Virus record (IMG/VR): IMGVR_UViG_3300027816_000062
From: an uncultured virus (IMG/VR IMGVR_UViG_3300027816_000062)
Taxonomy: Duplodnaviria > Heunggongvirae > Uroviricota > Caudoviricetes
Reading direction: 5' to 3' (one strand)
DNA length: 64,000 nt
This document shows positions 46,129 to 55,889 of this stretch, piece by piece. The translations under genes and the position numbers were made by a program. Each line of letters opens with the position of its first letter. Position 1 is the stretch's first letter. Below the pieces are notes generated by a model, which saw only the letters and a list, made by a program, of their open reading frames with translations, had not been told where the DNA came from and ran no database searches.

Positions 46129-48810
46129 TTGACATCACATATTTTTACACCAGTCGCACTAAAGCACGAGGCAAGATGGACCTATTCCGAGGCATATGAC
46201 TCAAGCTTGGCATATTTTAATGGTGACGAATTGGCAGCTTCAACTTTTGTTAGTAAGTATGCCCTCAAAGACCCCAGAAATTCAAGTACGCCTTTCGCAG
46301 AAACTAATCCATCTCACATGCACAAAAGATTAGCAACGGAAATAGCCGTCAAAGACGTTAATTTTCAATGTGGCACCAATTATTGCAGCCTTGAGGAAAT
46401 GACCCCTGAGCACAAATCTGTGTGGGAATCAAAATATCAAGAATATTTTGATGCATTTGATAATTTTAAATTTATCGTGCCTCAGGGAAGCCCAATGTAT
46501 GGAATAGGAAACCCATTTGTGAGAGTTTCTATTTCAAATTGTGTTGTTACTCAGTCGCCACAGGACAGCGTATCGGGAATTCTTGACACCTGCAAAGATC
46601 ATGCCAATTTATTTAAGCGACGAGCTGGTGTTGGTACGGACTTGTCCACTCTTAGACCAGCTGGAACAGCAGTGTCAAATAGCGCTGGCACATCAACAGG
46701 TGCATGGAGCTTTGCTGACTTGTTCTCAAGTGTTTGCAGAAAGATCGGTCAAAATGGTCGGCGTGGAGCCCTTATGCTAACAATGAATGTTAAGCACCCA
46801 GATATTGACAGATTTACTGTAATGAAACATGACCTTACTGCGGTTACGGGGGCCAATGTTTCAATTATGCTGGAAGACGATTTTATGGTGGCTGTTGAAA
46901 ATGACCAAGAATGGATGACAAAATGGCCTGTTGAAACTGTCGAAGAACTTGGAATTGTTGAATGTGATGTTGATGATCTTCTTTCAAAAGGCGGTGAGTG
47001 GGTAGAAGTTCCTGCTGACATAAATAATCCAATTGACTCAAAGATATGGCATTCTAATGATTTGTCAGAAAAGCGTGTGCTACGAATTTTTAAGGCACAG
47101 GATTTATGGAAGTTAATCAATACTAGCGCCTGCACCACCGCTGAGCCTGGGCTTATATTCTGGGGCAACTATACCAGAAACTTGCCTGCGCACAGATATC
47201 CTGCATTTAAGACTATTTGCGTTAATCCATGTTCAGAAATTGGTCTTTCAGCTTTTGACTCCTGCCGCCTAACATCTTTGAATCTTAAGAACTTTGTGGT
47301 GCATCCATACACCAAGGATGCGTATTTTGACTACAATCTTTTTGAAAAGATAACACGATTAGGCATGAGAGTCATGGATAATATTGTTGAAATTGAAATT
47401 GACTATCTCAATAATATTATAAATGCAGTAGATGACCAGGATGAAAAAATTGTTTTTGAAAAGCTTCGAAACGCTGCTGTCCTTGGAAGAAGAACGGGAT
47501 TAGGCGTACATGCTTTGGCTGATGCTTTATCGGCATTAAACATCAGATATGACAGCGACGAATCCATAGAAGCGCTTCATAAAATATTTGCCTGCTTCCG
47601 AAATACGTCTTATGACGAATCCGTGAACCTGGCTATCGAACGCGGGGCGTTCGGGGCATTTGATTGGGAATTAGAAAAAGACTGTGAATTTATCACCAGA
47701 ATGCCTCAAGAACTTCAGGAAAAGATTCAAAAACATGGTCGCAGAAACATCAGCATCCTTACCGTTGCACCCACAGGGTCTGTAAGTATTGTTTCTCAAA
47801 CAAGCTCTGGCATTGAACCTGTCTTCAAGTATTTCTATATGAGAAGAAAGAAAATTAATCCTAGTGACCCAAATGCAAAAATTGATTTTGTTGATCAAAA
47901 TGGCGACAAATGGGAAGAATTTATGGTTTTCCACCCCGCCCTTGCAGACTATTTTGCCATTGATTTAGAGGCAAAGCAAAAGTGGGAATCTATTCAGGCA
48001 GAAAAACCGAAAGGCGAGTGGGCGGCTGAATTAAATAAAATTCTACCGAGCTTTTTTGTTCAGGCGGAAGATGTCTTGGGAGAGCGGCGAGTAGAGGTCC
48101 AGGGTGTTATACAAATGTATATTGACCATGGTATTAGCTCAACTATCAACTTGCCTAAGGGCACAACCGCTGACCACGTGGCAAATCTTTATTTCAAGAG
48201 TTGGCAACATGGCCTAAAGGGCGTGACCGTTTATGTTGATGGTAGCCGAACTGGTGTTCTTGTGTCCGCAGACGCAACAAGCAAAACAAAAAATGCCACT
48301 TCAATTGTGGAAACAGAAGCGCCAAAGAGACCCAAATCACTTCCTTGCAAAATTCATCATGCTAGTATCGAGGGTCAAAAATGGACTGTTTTGGTTGGCT
48401 TGCTTGAAGGAAAGCCTTATGAGGTTTTTGGAGGCCTGTCCCACAATATTGAACTTCCGAAGAAGCTTTCTGAAGGATATTTAATTAAAAATAAATGCCC
48501 CAAGGCAGACGCCAATGGCAGAAGATCATGTTATGATCTTGTTATCGGAGAAGATGGCGATGATCAGCTGGTCATTAGAGACATAGCTATGTCATTCAAC
48601 GATAATAATTATGCCTGGGCCACTAGAATGCTTTCTACAAGCCTTAGACATGGCACACCTTTGAGATTTGTAGTTGATCAGCTGCGTCGCGACAAAGCAT
48701 CTGGATTGACAAGTTTTTCAAAGGTCATGGCAAGAGTTTTGTCAACTTATGTCATCGATGAAGAAACTGGGTTGCATGTTGATTATTGTAAAACTGGCAA
48801 CTGCGAGTAA
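46129..48810 (+). CDS. nrdJ: Class II (adenosylcobalamin) ribonucleotide reductase
   Basis: SNC, GRRGALM, NPCSE, RRTGLG, APTGSVS, SSTINLP, PKRP..L C-terminal domain; no beta subunit adjacent. Confidence 0.9.
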   Translation: MTSHIFTPVALKHEARWTYSEAYDSSLAYFNGDELAASTFVSKYALKDPRNSSTPFAETNPSHMHKRLATEIAVKDVNFQCGTNYCSLEEMTPEHKSVWESKYQEYFDAFDNFKFIVPQGSPMYGIGNPFVRVSISNCVVTQSPQDSVSGILDTCKDHANLFKRRAGVGTDLSTLRPAGTAVSNSAGTSTGAWSFADLFSSVCRKIGQNGRRGALMLTMNVKHPDIDRFTVMKHDLTAVTGANVSIMLEDDFMVAVENDQEWMTKWPVETVEELGIVECDVDDLLSKGGEWVEVPADINNPIDSKIWHSNDLSEKRVLRIFKAQDLWKLINTSACTTAEPGLIFWGNYTRNLPAHRYPAFKTICVNPCSEIGLSAFDSCRLTSLNLKNFVVHPYTKDAYFDYNLFEKITRLGMRVMDNIVEIEIDYLNNIINAVDDQDEKIVFEKLRNAAVLGRRTGLGVHALADALSALNIRYDSDESIEALHKIFACFRNTSYDESVNLAIERGAFGAFDWELEKDCEFITRMPQELQEKIQKHGRRNISILTVAPTGSVSIVSQTSSGIEPVFKYFYMRRKKINPSDPNAKIDFVDQNGDKWEEFMVFHPALADYFAIDLEAKQKWESIQAEKPKGEWAAELNKILPSFFVQAEDVLGERRVEVQGVIQMYIDHGISSTINLPKGTTADHVANLYFKSWQHGLKGVTVYVDGSRTGVLVSADATSKTKNATSIVETEAPKRPKSLPCKIHHASIEGQKWTVLVGLLEGKPYEVFGGLSHNIELPKKLSEGYLIKNKCPKADANGRRSCYDLVIGEDGDDQLVIRDIAMSFNDNNYAWATRMLSTSLRHGTPLRFVVDQLRRDKASGLTSFSKVMARVLSTYVIDEETGLHVDYCKTGNCE

Positions 48811-48813
48811 ACC

Positions 48814-48864
48814 TTTTACACAAAAAAACCAGGCCGTAAAAAGCCTGGCTTTTTTGTGTAAAAA
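48814..48864. terminator. Terminator-like inverted repeat after nrdJ
   Basis: TTTTACACAAAAAA.CCAGGC...GCCTGG.TTTTTTGTGTAAAA. Confidence 0.7.
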
Positions 48865-48893
48865 TAACTAATATAAAAAGGGGAAATATTGAT

Positions 48894-49385
48894 ATGAAAT
48901 CACGAACTGTATCAAACTTTAAAAAAGAAAATCACAAACCTGGTCCGCCAGAAGTGAAGAGTTCCAGCCCTGAACCAAATTATCAAGAAAGGCTTCTTTA
49001 TATCAAAGACGCCCATGTGGTGGAAGACGAGGGAACAGAAGAAGACCCAATTGTAAAAAAAACATTATGGCTGCTTCTGCAAGATTCTGAAACAAATGCC
49101 ATTATGCGCTGCCCGCTGACGCTTGAGGATGTGCAGTCTATAACAGGTATGAGCCGCAATTTATTGGGCAGAGAGCTTTATAAATTTGCAGATGAACTCA
49201 AAATGAGGGACCATCCTGTGAAATTAATTGTTGATCTAAACCAGTCAACTTTTGACACAAATATGATATTAGCAAAAAAGCCCGCAAAATCATCAAAAAG
49301 CCAACGAGAAATTCGTCAAAAAACAAAGTTCAGTTTTGACCCCAAAAAAGCACAAGAAATACAAAAAAGAGTTAATCATGAGTAA
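48894..49385 (+). CDS. Hypothetical protein
   Basis: Downstream of the ACTAATATAAAAA motif. Confidence 0.7.
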   Translation: MKSRTVSNFKKENHKPGPPEVKSSSPEPNYQERLLYIKDAHVVEDEGTEEDPIVKKTLWLLLQDSETNAIMRCPLTLEDVQSITGMSRNLLGRELYKFADELKMRDHPVKLIVDLNQSTFDTNMILAKKPAKSSKSQREIRQKTKFSFDPKKAQEIQKRVNHE

Positions 49386-49869
49386 AAATACCATTCAAGT
49401 AAGAGCATTTCGCGACGGAGCTTCGATCCCCGAAAAGTCCACGGCCTTAGCGGCGGGCTATGACATTCGAGCATGGACAGCGCCTGTTGCTGGCGGTTCC
49501 CGACGCGAAGTAATTGCCATTAGTCCAGGTTCTAGTGCCATTATTAAAACGGGCCTGAATTTAAGCATTCCTGAGGGCTACGAAGTTCAAATTCGGCCCC
49601 GATCAGGCCTTGCTGCCAAAAAATCAATTGGAGTTTTAAATTCCCCTGGAACAATTGATGCAGATTACGATGGCGAAGGAGAAAATTTTGAAGTAGGAAT
49701 TATCTTATTTAACCACGGGGATACACAGTTTGAAGTCAATCACGGTGATCGAATTGCCCAAATGGTGGTTTGTAAGTTGCCAGAAATAGAACTTGTAGAG
49801 GTTACTGACGAAAATCATCAAAGAAAAGAAAGCCAGAGAGAAGGCGGCTTTGGACACACGGGCGTTTAA
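49378..49869 (+). CDS. dut: Trimeric dUTPase
   Basis: AGYD, RPRSGLA, GTIDADY, GDRIAQ, R.GGFGHTG. Confidence 0.95.
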   Translation: MSKNTIQVRAFRDGASIPEKSTALAAGYDIRAWTAPVAGGSRREVIAISPGSSAIIKTGLNLSIPEGYEVQIRPRSGLAAKKSIGVLNSPGTIDADYDGEGENFEVGIILFNHGDTQFEVNHGDRIAQMVVCKLPEIELVEVTDENHQRKESQREGGFGHTGV

Positions 49870-50010
49870 TCGACACAAATAGATGAATTAATTATTTTTC
49901 TAGACTGCGGCGGAGTGCTAAACGATCATCAACAAAATGATAACGGTAATCACGGATTTGCATTGGACGATTATGATCTGTCTGTTAAGTTGACCGAATC
50001 TTATAAGTAA
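49870..50010 (+). pseudogene. Remnant of HAD-family protein
   Basis: IIFLDCGGVLN...ALDD in 46 codons with no start codon; HAD motifs I and IV are joined, consistent with an internal deletion. Confidence 0.5.
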
Positions 50011-50048
50011 AAACAATTTGAAACATACAACAAGATAGTTATTATGTT

Positions 50049-51782
50049 TCAAATTGTTTTTACCGCAGCAATTGAAGATGCGACTCTAATTGATTGATCA
50101 ATAAAGTCGGCTGATTTAAAGTCACCATTTTCCTCAAAAAACACTGCAAGGCGATTCATATCATCGAGAACTTTTGCAATGCGTATGCAAATATTTTCCG
50201 AGGAGCTAACAGTTTGCATACCTTCGTCTTTTTGTTTTGTGAAGTATGGATAAGACGCATTTTCTCGAACAACAAGGCTTTTGTCTGATTTTCCAGATTT
50301 CCAATTTTGAAGCTCAATGTCCATGATTTTTTTTCTTTCTTCTTCTGGGGCATTGTTGTGCAAAAATCCAAATGTGTTATCATCGCGCCTTAAAGACATT
50401 AATGTTCCATTATTGTATCCTAAATTATTATAGGCGTTGTCACGTATTTTTTGTGCTTCCTCATCGCTGATTTTGTCCCAGGGCTTGTCTCCAAATTGTT
50501 CTTTTTTTATTTGGTTGTACTGAAAGTGCCGCAACAATTCATCCACACCAAAAAGCACACTTCTCCATTCTTTCGTATCGAGTCGAGATGCCCTGGCAAT
50601 AATTTGATCACGTGTTGTTGCTTTGATTCCAGCTTCATCAAGTTTGTTTTTAAGCGTTATTAAGAAATCTTGCTGAAGCATGTTAATATTAACAAGTTTC
50701 TTTGTGCCTGCTTCTTTATTGCTTCGGCCCGCAACATCTGCGTGCAGTTTAGCCTCAAGCATTGACTCGTACATTATCTCCATTATTTTTCTTGCAGTTT
50801 GGGGGTCTGTAATTTCATATGCGCGTCTGAAAATAATATGCAACGGTAAGCGACCGTTTTGCTCGACCTGATATTGCTTCAGCTTATAAATGGGCAAGAA
50901 AGCGTTTTCGGCTACCCATTGCCCTGATCCTTGAAAATATCTTGCTCGATTATTAGCCTTTGTAACAACTTCATCTATGTCAGCGGTGTCTCGGCTGATT
51001 AATTGGCCCTTTCTTCTGCGCATAAGGCTTGCTGGTACTGGACCCAAAGATTTTTGTCCAGATTGCTGGGCCAAATCTGGATTATTGGGTTTTTGTTTGC
51101 TTTCAATTTGATTCCTTAAATTAATATCTTCTTCCCATTGTTTGAGATTTTCTAATTCTTCAAATTGAGATCGATTCATATTGGGATTAGATTCAATTTC
51201 TTTAATCTTGAACTGAATCGTTCTTAAAAGAGCCACATAATCCACATATTGATCTTGCGCCATATAGTCAATATGTGGGGGCATTTTGGTATTTTCATCT
51301 GAAACAAACTTTGGGTGCGGGTTGACTAGTTCGTCATAAGATAAATGATTGTCGAGCGCATCTTTCGGAGCTAAGTTTTTTTGTTTGTATTGAAATACGG
51401 CTGATTTAGCTGATAGTTTAGCTCTGTTTAAAAGCCAGTTGTAAGGAGATGACACTCCTGATTCGTTGCGTATATCATAAGTTTCCAGGCTAGACTCAAT
51501 GCCTCTTTTCCACATATAATACATGACCTTTGATGACAAATCTTCGGCAGAATGTTTCTCTATTTCAGGATGCACCGTATTAATATATTTTAACGCCGTC
51601 TCTTCAAGAAGTTGCAAAAAACCTGGCAAATTCTTGATTTTTTGCAAAATTTCTCCTGACCGAGGGCTTTCTGTTTTGTAGCGAAAAACCAGATCATTTA
51701 ATGCTGACTTCAGGGATGATTCCTGGGCATTTTTGATAAATTTTAAAAAATTCACCGCATATTTTGGAAGCGCCTGGCGCAT
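50049..51782 (-). CDS. Large hypothetical protein with shared helical motif at C-terminus
   Basis: RLAVFFEENGDFKSADFIDQSIRVAS; N-terminal AEDL...ETYD...PYNWLLNRAK weakly sigma region 2-like. Confidence 0.75.
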   Translation of the reverse strand: MRQALPKYAVNFLKFIKNAQESSLKSALNDLVFRYKTESPRSGEILQKIKNLPGFLQLLEETALKYINTVHPEIEKHSAEDLSSKVMYYMWKRGIESSLETYDIRNESGVSSPYNWLLNRAKLSAKSAVFQYKQKNLAPKDALDNHLSYDELVNPHPKFVSDENTKMPPHIDYMAQDQYVDYVALLRTIQFKIKEIESNPNMNRSQFEELENLKQWEEDINLRNQIESKQKPNNPDLAQQSGQKSLGPVPASLMRRRKGQLISRDTADIDEVVTKANNRARYFQGSGQWVAENAFLPIYKLKQYQVEQNGRLPLHIIFRRAYEITDPQTARKIMEIMYESMLEAKLHADVAGRSNKEAGTKKLVNINMLQQDFLITLKNKLDEAGIKATTRDQIIARASRLDTKEWRSVLFGVDELLRHFQYNQIKKEQFGDKPWDKISDEEAQKIRDNAYNNLGYNNGTLMSLRRDDNTFGFLHNNAPEEERKKIMDIELQNWKSGKSDKSLVVRENASYPYFTKQKDEGMQTVSSSENICIRIAKVLDDMNRLAVFFEENGDFKSADFIDQSIRVASSIAAVKTI

Positions 51783-51908
51783 TGTATAATGCATATGTGT
51801 ATATTTGCAATTTAAATTAATTAGCACCTTTTTGCAAATTTTGCTTTTGATCACAAGTGCATTTTTGGCATTTTTTCACTATAAAATCAATGGGAGAAAA
51901 CAAAACAT

Positions 51909-52415
51909 ATGCCCAAAGACATTACTTATGTACAATCTCTGGAACTTTACGAGATTGCTTTGAAATTAAAAGAACGATATTACCTTCATCTAGGTCACGT
52001 AGACTTGGATATTATTTATTTTGCCGAAAAACTTGGAGACAAGCCTAAGAAAGGCAAGATTGCTGAATTAAGCGGAATTTCTAATCCATGGGTAAAAGCC
52101 TTGCTTGCGAAAAATCAAAACGACAATAAGCTTTACTGCATGAGTGTTTGGTCTGCTGAATGGCTTGAGGTCACGCCAGCCAAGAAAGAATGGATGGTCT
52201 TTAAGATGCTGTGCTCTGTGCACCCTCAGAACGACGGAAAGCTCAACAAGCCAGACATTTCCGACTTTGGTTATATTCAAGAGTTCTTTATGAACGCTGG
52301 TGTTGGTCCTTATTGGGAATCTCAAGATGATTTGCCCTCGCTTTTGGGAACTGACCCGCTGGCCATTCCCCCTCCGCCTGACGACACGGATGAGGGCAGC
52401 ACACTCGGAGAATAA
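51909..52415 (+). CDS. Phage metallopeptidase-like protein lacking HExxH
   Basis: W......KEWMVFKMLCSV...KPDI.DF pattern. Confidence 0.55.
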   Translation: MPKDITYVQSLELYEIALKLKERYYLHLGHVDLDIIYFAEKLGDKPKKGKIAELSGISNPWVKALLAKNQNDNKLYCMSVWSAEWLEVTPAKKEWMVFKMLCSVHPQNDGKLNKPDISDFGYIQEFFMNAGVGPYWESQDDLPSLLGTDPLAIPPPPDDTDEGSTLGE

Positions 52416-52465
52416 ATAAAATATCTGCCCGCCTCAAATAATGTAATTTTTGGGGCGGGATATCA

Positions 52466-53206
52466 ATGTATAAACTTATGTCAAATTCAGCATATACTCA
52501 GTCAATAACAGAGCTTTTTGCAAAATTATACAAACCAAGATCGGAAGTTGTTCCTTTTAACAGGAGTGACTTGGAGACGATATGCCAAAAATATAATGTT
52601 AAAAACATAGGAGATGTTTTGTATAGTTTTCGCAGCCGTCAGCAATTACCAAGTAGCATTAGAAGAACTGCAAAAAGAGGATTTCACTGGGTTATTGAAT
52701 TTAAGGGCAAGGGGAAATACCAATTTTCTCAATGGCCTGTTGCTTATATTAAGCCACAAATACTTGAGCCAACACTAATAAAAGATTGCACGCCCAAAAT
52801 GATTAGCCAGTGTCTTGCGGATGATGAACAAGGCATGCTAACAAGAATGCGACACAATAATATACTGAGAAATTTTCTTGATCTTGATATTTATCATCTT
52901 CAAAGCCATCTTAGAACATTTGTTCCTGGCGTTGGGCAAGTTGAAATTGATGATGTTTATGTTGGTGTTGATCAGCAAAGTAAACAATTTATCATTCCTA
53001 TTCAGGCCAAGTCATCTCATGATTTAATATCTGCGACACAATGTTCACAAGATATATTGTATTGCGAGTATTTTCATCCAAATTACAAATGTCGCTCGGT
53101 TGCAATAAAATCTATAGGAAATGAAACCTTGGCAGTTTTTGAATTAAAAGCAAAAGCCCCTGGCCATATTTGCATTGTAAATGAGCGTCATTTTCAATTT
53201 ATTTAA
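52466..53206 (+). CDS. Restriction-endonuclease-like PD-(D/E)XK protein
   Basis: DEQ..L..., GQVEIDDVYVG...IPIQAKS. Confidence 0.7.
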   Translation: MYKLMSNSAYTQSITELFAKLYKPRSEVVPFNRSDLETICQKYNVKNIGDVLYSFRSRQQLPSSIRRTAKRGFHWVIEFKGKGKYQFSQWPVAYIKPQILEPTLIKDCTPKMISQCLADDEQGMLTRMRHNNILRNFLDLDIYHLQSHLRTFVPGVGQVEIDDVYVGVDQQSKQFIIPIQAKSSHDLISATQCSQDILYCEYFHPNYKCRSVAIKSIGNETLAVFELKAKAPGHICIVNERHFQFI

Positions 53207-53242
53207 AACTTTTTTATTAAACAAAACGTATAAATAAATACG

Positions 53243-53818
53243 TTGTCTTTAATAAGGCAAGGAAGGAACGAAATAAACAACAACAATAATAATCGCAAAT
53301 CGCGGCGAGAGCCGCCTCCGAACATTAATGAGCGTCTTCTCCGATTTGGAGAAATCAGAGTCATTAATGCAGATGGTGATCAAATAGGTATAATGACGTC
53401 AAGAAAGGCGCTAGACTTGGCCTTGGAAGATGGCCTTGACTTGATTTTAATTGCTGAGTCTGCAAAGCCTCCTGTATGCAAAATTGCCGATTATGGTAAG
53501 CATAAATACATTGAGGCGAAGCGCAAGAAAACAAGCAACAGTAAAAAACCTCAAGAAACCAAGAGTCTTAAAATTAGCCCGAGAATTTCTGATCACGATT
53601 TAGGTATTACGGCTAAAAAAGCCTCTAACTTTTTGGAGCATGGAGATAAAGTTAGACTAATGTGTTTATTCAAGGCCCGTGAGCTTTCGCACCCAGCGCT
53701 TGGAAAAGAAAGACTGGCAAAGCTTATTGATTGTCTTTCCAGCTCTGCAATACCCGAGGGTGAGCCTTTGTTGGAAGGCAAAGTAATGGCCGTGGTTTTG
53801 CGGCCCAAAGATAATTAA
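53243..53818 (+). CDS. infC: Translation initiation factor IF-3
   Basis: INE.....IRVI..DG.QIGI, LDLI.I...AKPPVCKI.DYGK.KY, HD...K, GDKV; start codon uncertain. Confidence 0.95.
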   Translation: MSLIRQGRNEINNNNNNRKSRREPPPNINERLLRFGEIRVINADGDQIGIMTSRKALDLALEDGLDLILIAESAKPPVCKIADYGKHKYIEAKRKKTSNSKKPQETKSLKISPRISDHDLGITAKKASNFLEHGDKVRLMCLFKARELSHPALGKERLAKLIDCLSSSAIPEGEPLLEGKVMAVVLRPKDN

Positions 53819-53833
53819 CGCACTCCAAAGCAC

Positions 53834-53875
53834 ACACAAAAAACATCATCTGTAAAAAGATGATGTTTTTTGTGT
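53834..53875. terminator. Terminator-like inverted repeat
   Basis: ACACAAAAAACATCATCT...AGATGATGTTTTTTGTGT. Confidence 0.7.
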
Positions 53876-53941
53876 TCAGATGATGCAGAATGCACGAAAA
53901 ACTATAAATGAGTATTTCTTCAGCGGAGAAAAAATCACATT

Positions 53942-55030
53942 ATGAGCCTTTATAATAAATACAGACCCTATCATTTTTCTGACGTGGCACAGGAGCATGT
54001 CTCTCGTGTGCTCAAGGCGCAAATTGCCACTGGAAACCACGTCAGTACTTATCTTTTTTCAGGTCCTCCAGGAACTGGTAAAACCACCCTTGCCAGAATT
54101 ATGGCAATGGCTTTAATGTGTGAAAAAAGAATCGACGGCGAAAGCGAACCTGACCCAAGCAGCAAGTCTTCACAAATGATTCGAGAAGATCGCCATCGCG
54201 ATGTTATTGAGGTTAACTGTGCAACAAATGGCGGTGTTAATGAGATGCGAGAGCTAATTGCCGAAAAGATGCGCATTCAGCCATCAATGGGGAATTATCG
54301 TGTGTTTATTTTGGACGAAGCACACATGCTTTCTACGGCTGCGCAAAACTCATTACTGAAAATCATGGAGGAACCGCCAAAGCATGTAGTTTTCTTTTTG
54401 TGCACAACTGATCCTCATAAAGTTTTGCCAGCAATACGCTCTCGCTGTCAGCATCATATGTTAAATCGCGTCTCTAACACAGATTGCAAGGAGATTTTGC
54501 AAAAAGTTGTAAAAGAAGAATCGATGACCGCTGAAAATGCGGCCTTGGATGTTATCATTGATGCATCTCAGGGTAGCGTTCGGACTGCATTAGTCATCCT
54601 AGAGCAAGTATCGCTAATCGGCGTGACAGAAGACAATGTCCGCGCTGTATTAGGACGTGGCCCAAAGGGGTTGGCAATTGATCTTTTAAAATCAATTGGT
54701 AATTCAAACCATGGAGAAGCTTTTAGAATAATTAAATCTGCTCATGCTGAGGGTCGTGACTTAGGCGCACTTTTGGAGGACGCGAGTAGAATTTTAATGA
54801 CTATGGCTGAATACAGGTTGCTCAAGGTTGACAAATCGGAACGAGACCCAGAGATTGCTGAAATGATTTCTGTTTTTCGAGGCCCTCAGATAGTGGAAAT
54901 CACCAATCAACTTTTAGAAATCGCTAATAAGATACGGCAAAATGTGGCAGCAGATTTGGTAGTTCAATCAGGCTTGCTGCGGATTATTGATAGGTTTGCA
55001 AAGATTAAGGAAGCGCAAGCGGTAGTTTAA
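53942..55030 (+). CDS. dnaX: Clamp loader gamma/tau subunit (gamma-length)
   Basis: LYNKYRP..F, GPPGTGKTT, DEAHML, LLK..EEPP, SRC. Confidence 0.93.
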   Translation: MSLYNKYRPYHFSDVAQEHVSRVLKAQIATGNHVSTYLFSGPPGTGKTTLARIMAMALMCEKRIDGESEPDPSSKSSQMIREDRHRDVIEVNCATNGGVNEMRELIAEKMRIQPSMGNYRVFILDEAHMLSTAAQNSLLKIMEEPPKHVVFFLCTTDPHKVLPAIRSRCQHHMLNRVSNTDCKEILQKVVKEESMTAENAALDVIIDASQGSVRTALVILEQVSLIGVTEDNVRAVLGRGPKGLAIDLLKSIGNSNHGEAFRIIKSAHAEGRDLGALLEDASRILMTMAEYRLLKVDKSERDPEIAEMISVFRGPQIVEITNQLLEIANKIRQNVAADLVVQSGLLRIIDRFAKIKEAQAVV

Positions 55031-55104
55031 CTCCTCTGAGGCTTCAAACGACCAGGCAAACATTAATTTGCCACAGGGAGGTTTAAAAGCCGTGAGGAGC
55101 AAAA

Positions 55105-55797
55105 TTGGGACAAGACCTATATATATTACAACTAGTTAGAAGGGCCAAAACTGGAGATGAGCGAGCTTTTTCTAGGCTCCTGGATGAAATAGAGCCAGAC
55201 CTTAAAAAGGTCGCTCATCAATATTTTATTCAAGGACAAGACAAAGAAGATGTTCTTCAAGAACTAAGAATTGCAGTCTATAAGGCCGTGGGTTCCTATG
55301 ATGAATCCCAAAACACTACGTTTAAAAGCTTTTGCATCAATCTTGTGTGTAAAAGGCATATATCCACGGCAATACATTCTGCACTAAGACACAAAAACAA
55401 AACTCTCAACAATGCAGTATCTCTTGATGCTCCAGTGATAATGGGTGATGATGGAAATATGCAATCTCTATCCGAGTTCATTCCTGACAGAGACAATCCT
55501 TTGGAAGAAGACCTTGGTGATCGAAATATATTAGACGATTTGATATCCAGAGAGGAGCTTGAGGACAACCGCAAGCTTCTTGCGCCAAGGCTTACATCAT
55601 TAGAGGGCAGGATTTTTGAGCAATATGGCCACAGCTCTTCGTATAAGGATATTGCAGAGGCATTGGGAATAGAACCCAAATGTGTTGACAATGCTCTTAT
55701 GAGGATACGCAAAAAAGCCAGTGAAGTTTTTGACCAAACAGACCCAGGCAGCAATGTCAAAGATAGCGGCCCCAAAAAAAGAAGAAAACGAATTTAA
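55105..55797 (+). CDS. RNA polymerase sigma factor, SigH-like
   Basis: YFIQG.DKED.LQE, TAI..A.R.K...LN..VSLD, SY.DIA..L....K.VDNAL.RIRKK. Confidence 0.88.
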   Translation: MGQDLYILQLVRRAKTGDERAFSRLLDEIEPDLKKVAHQYFIQGQDKEDVLQELRIAVYKAVGSYDESQNTTFKSFCINLVCKRHISTAIHSALRHKNKTLNNAVSLDAPVIMGDDGNMQSLSEFIPDRDNPLEEDLGDRNILDDLISREELEDNRKLLAPRLTSLEGRIFEQYGHSSSYKDIAEALGIEPKCVDNALMRIRKKASEVFDQTDPGSNVKDSGPKKRRKRI

Positions 55798-55889
55798 AAC
55801 CGTTTCATATTCGCGCAAAATTAACTAAGAAAGATAAATAGCTATGTCAAAGTACATCAAGCTATTTATCTTTTGAATTTAGAGGCAAT

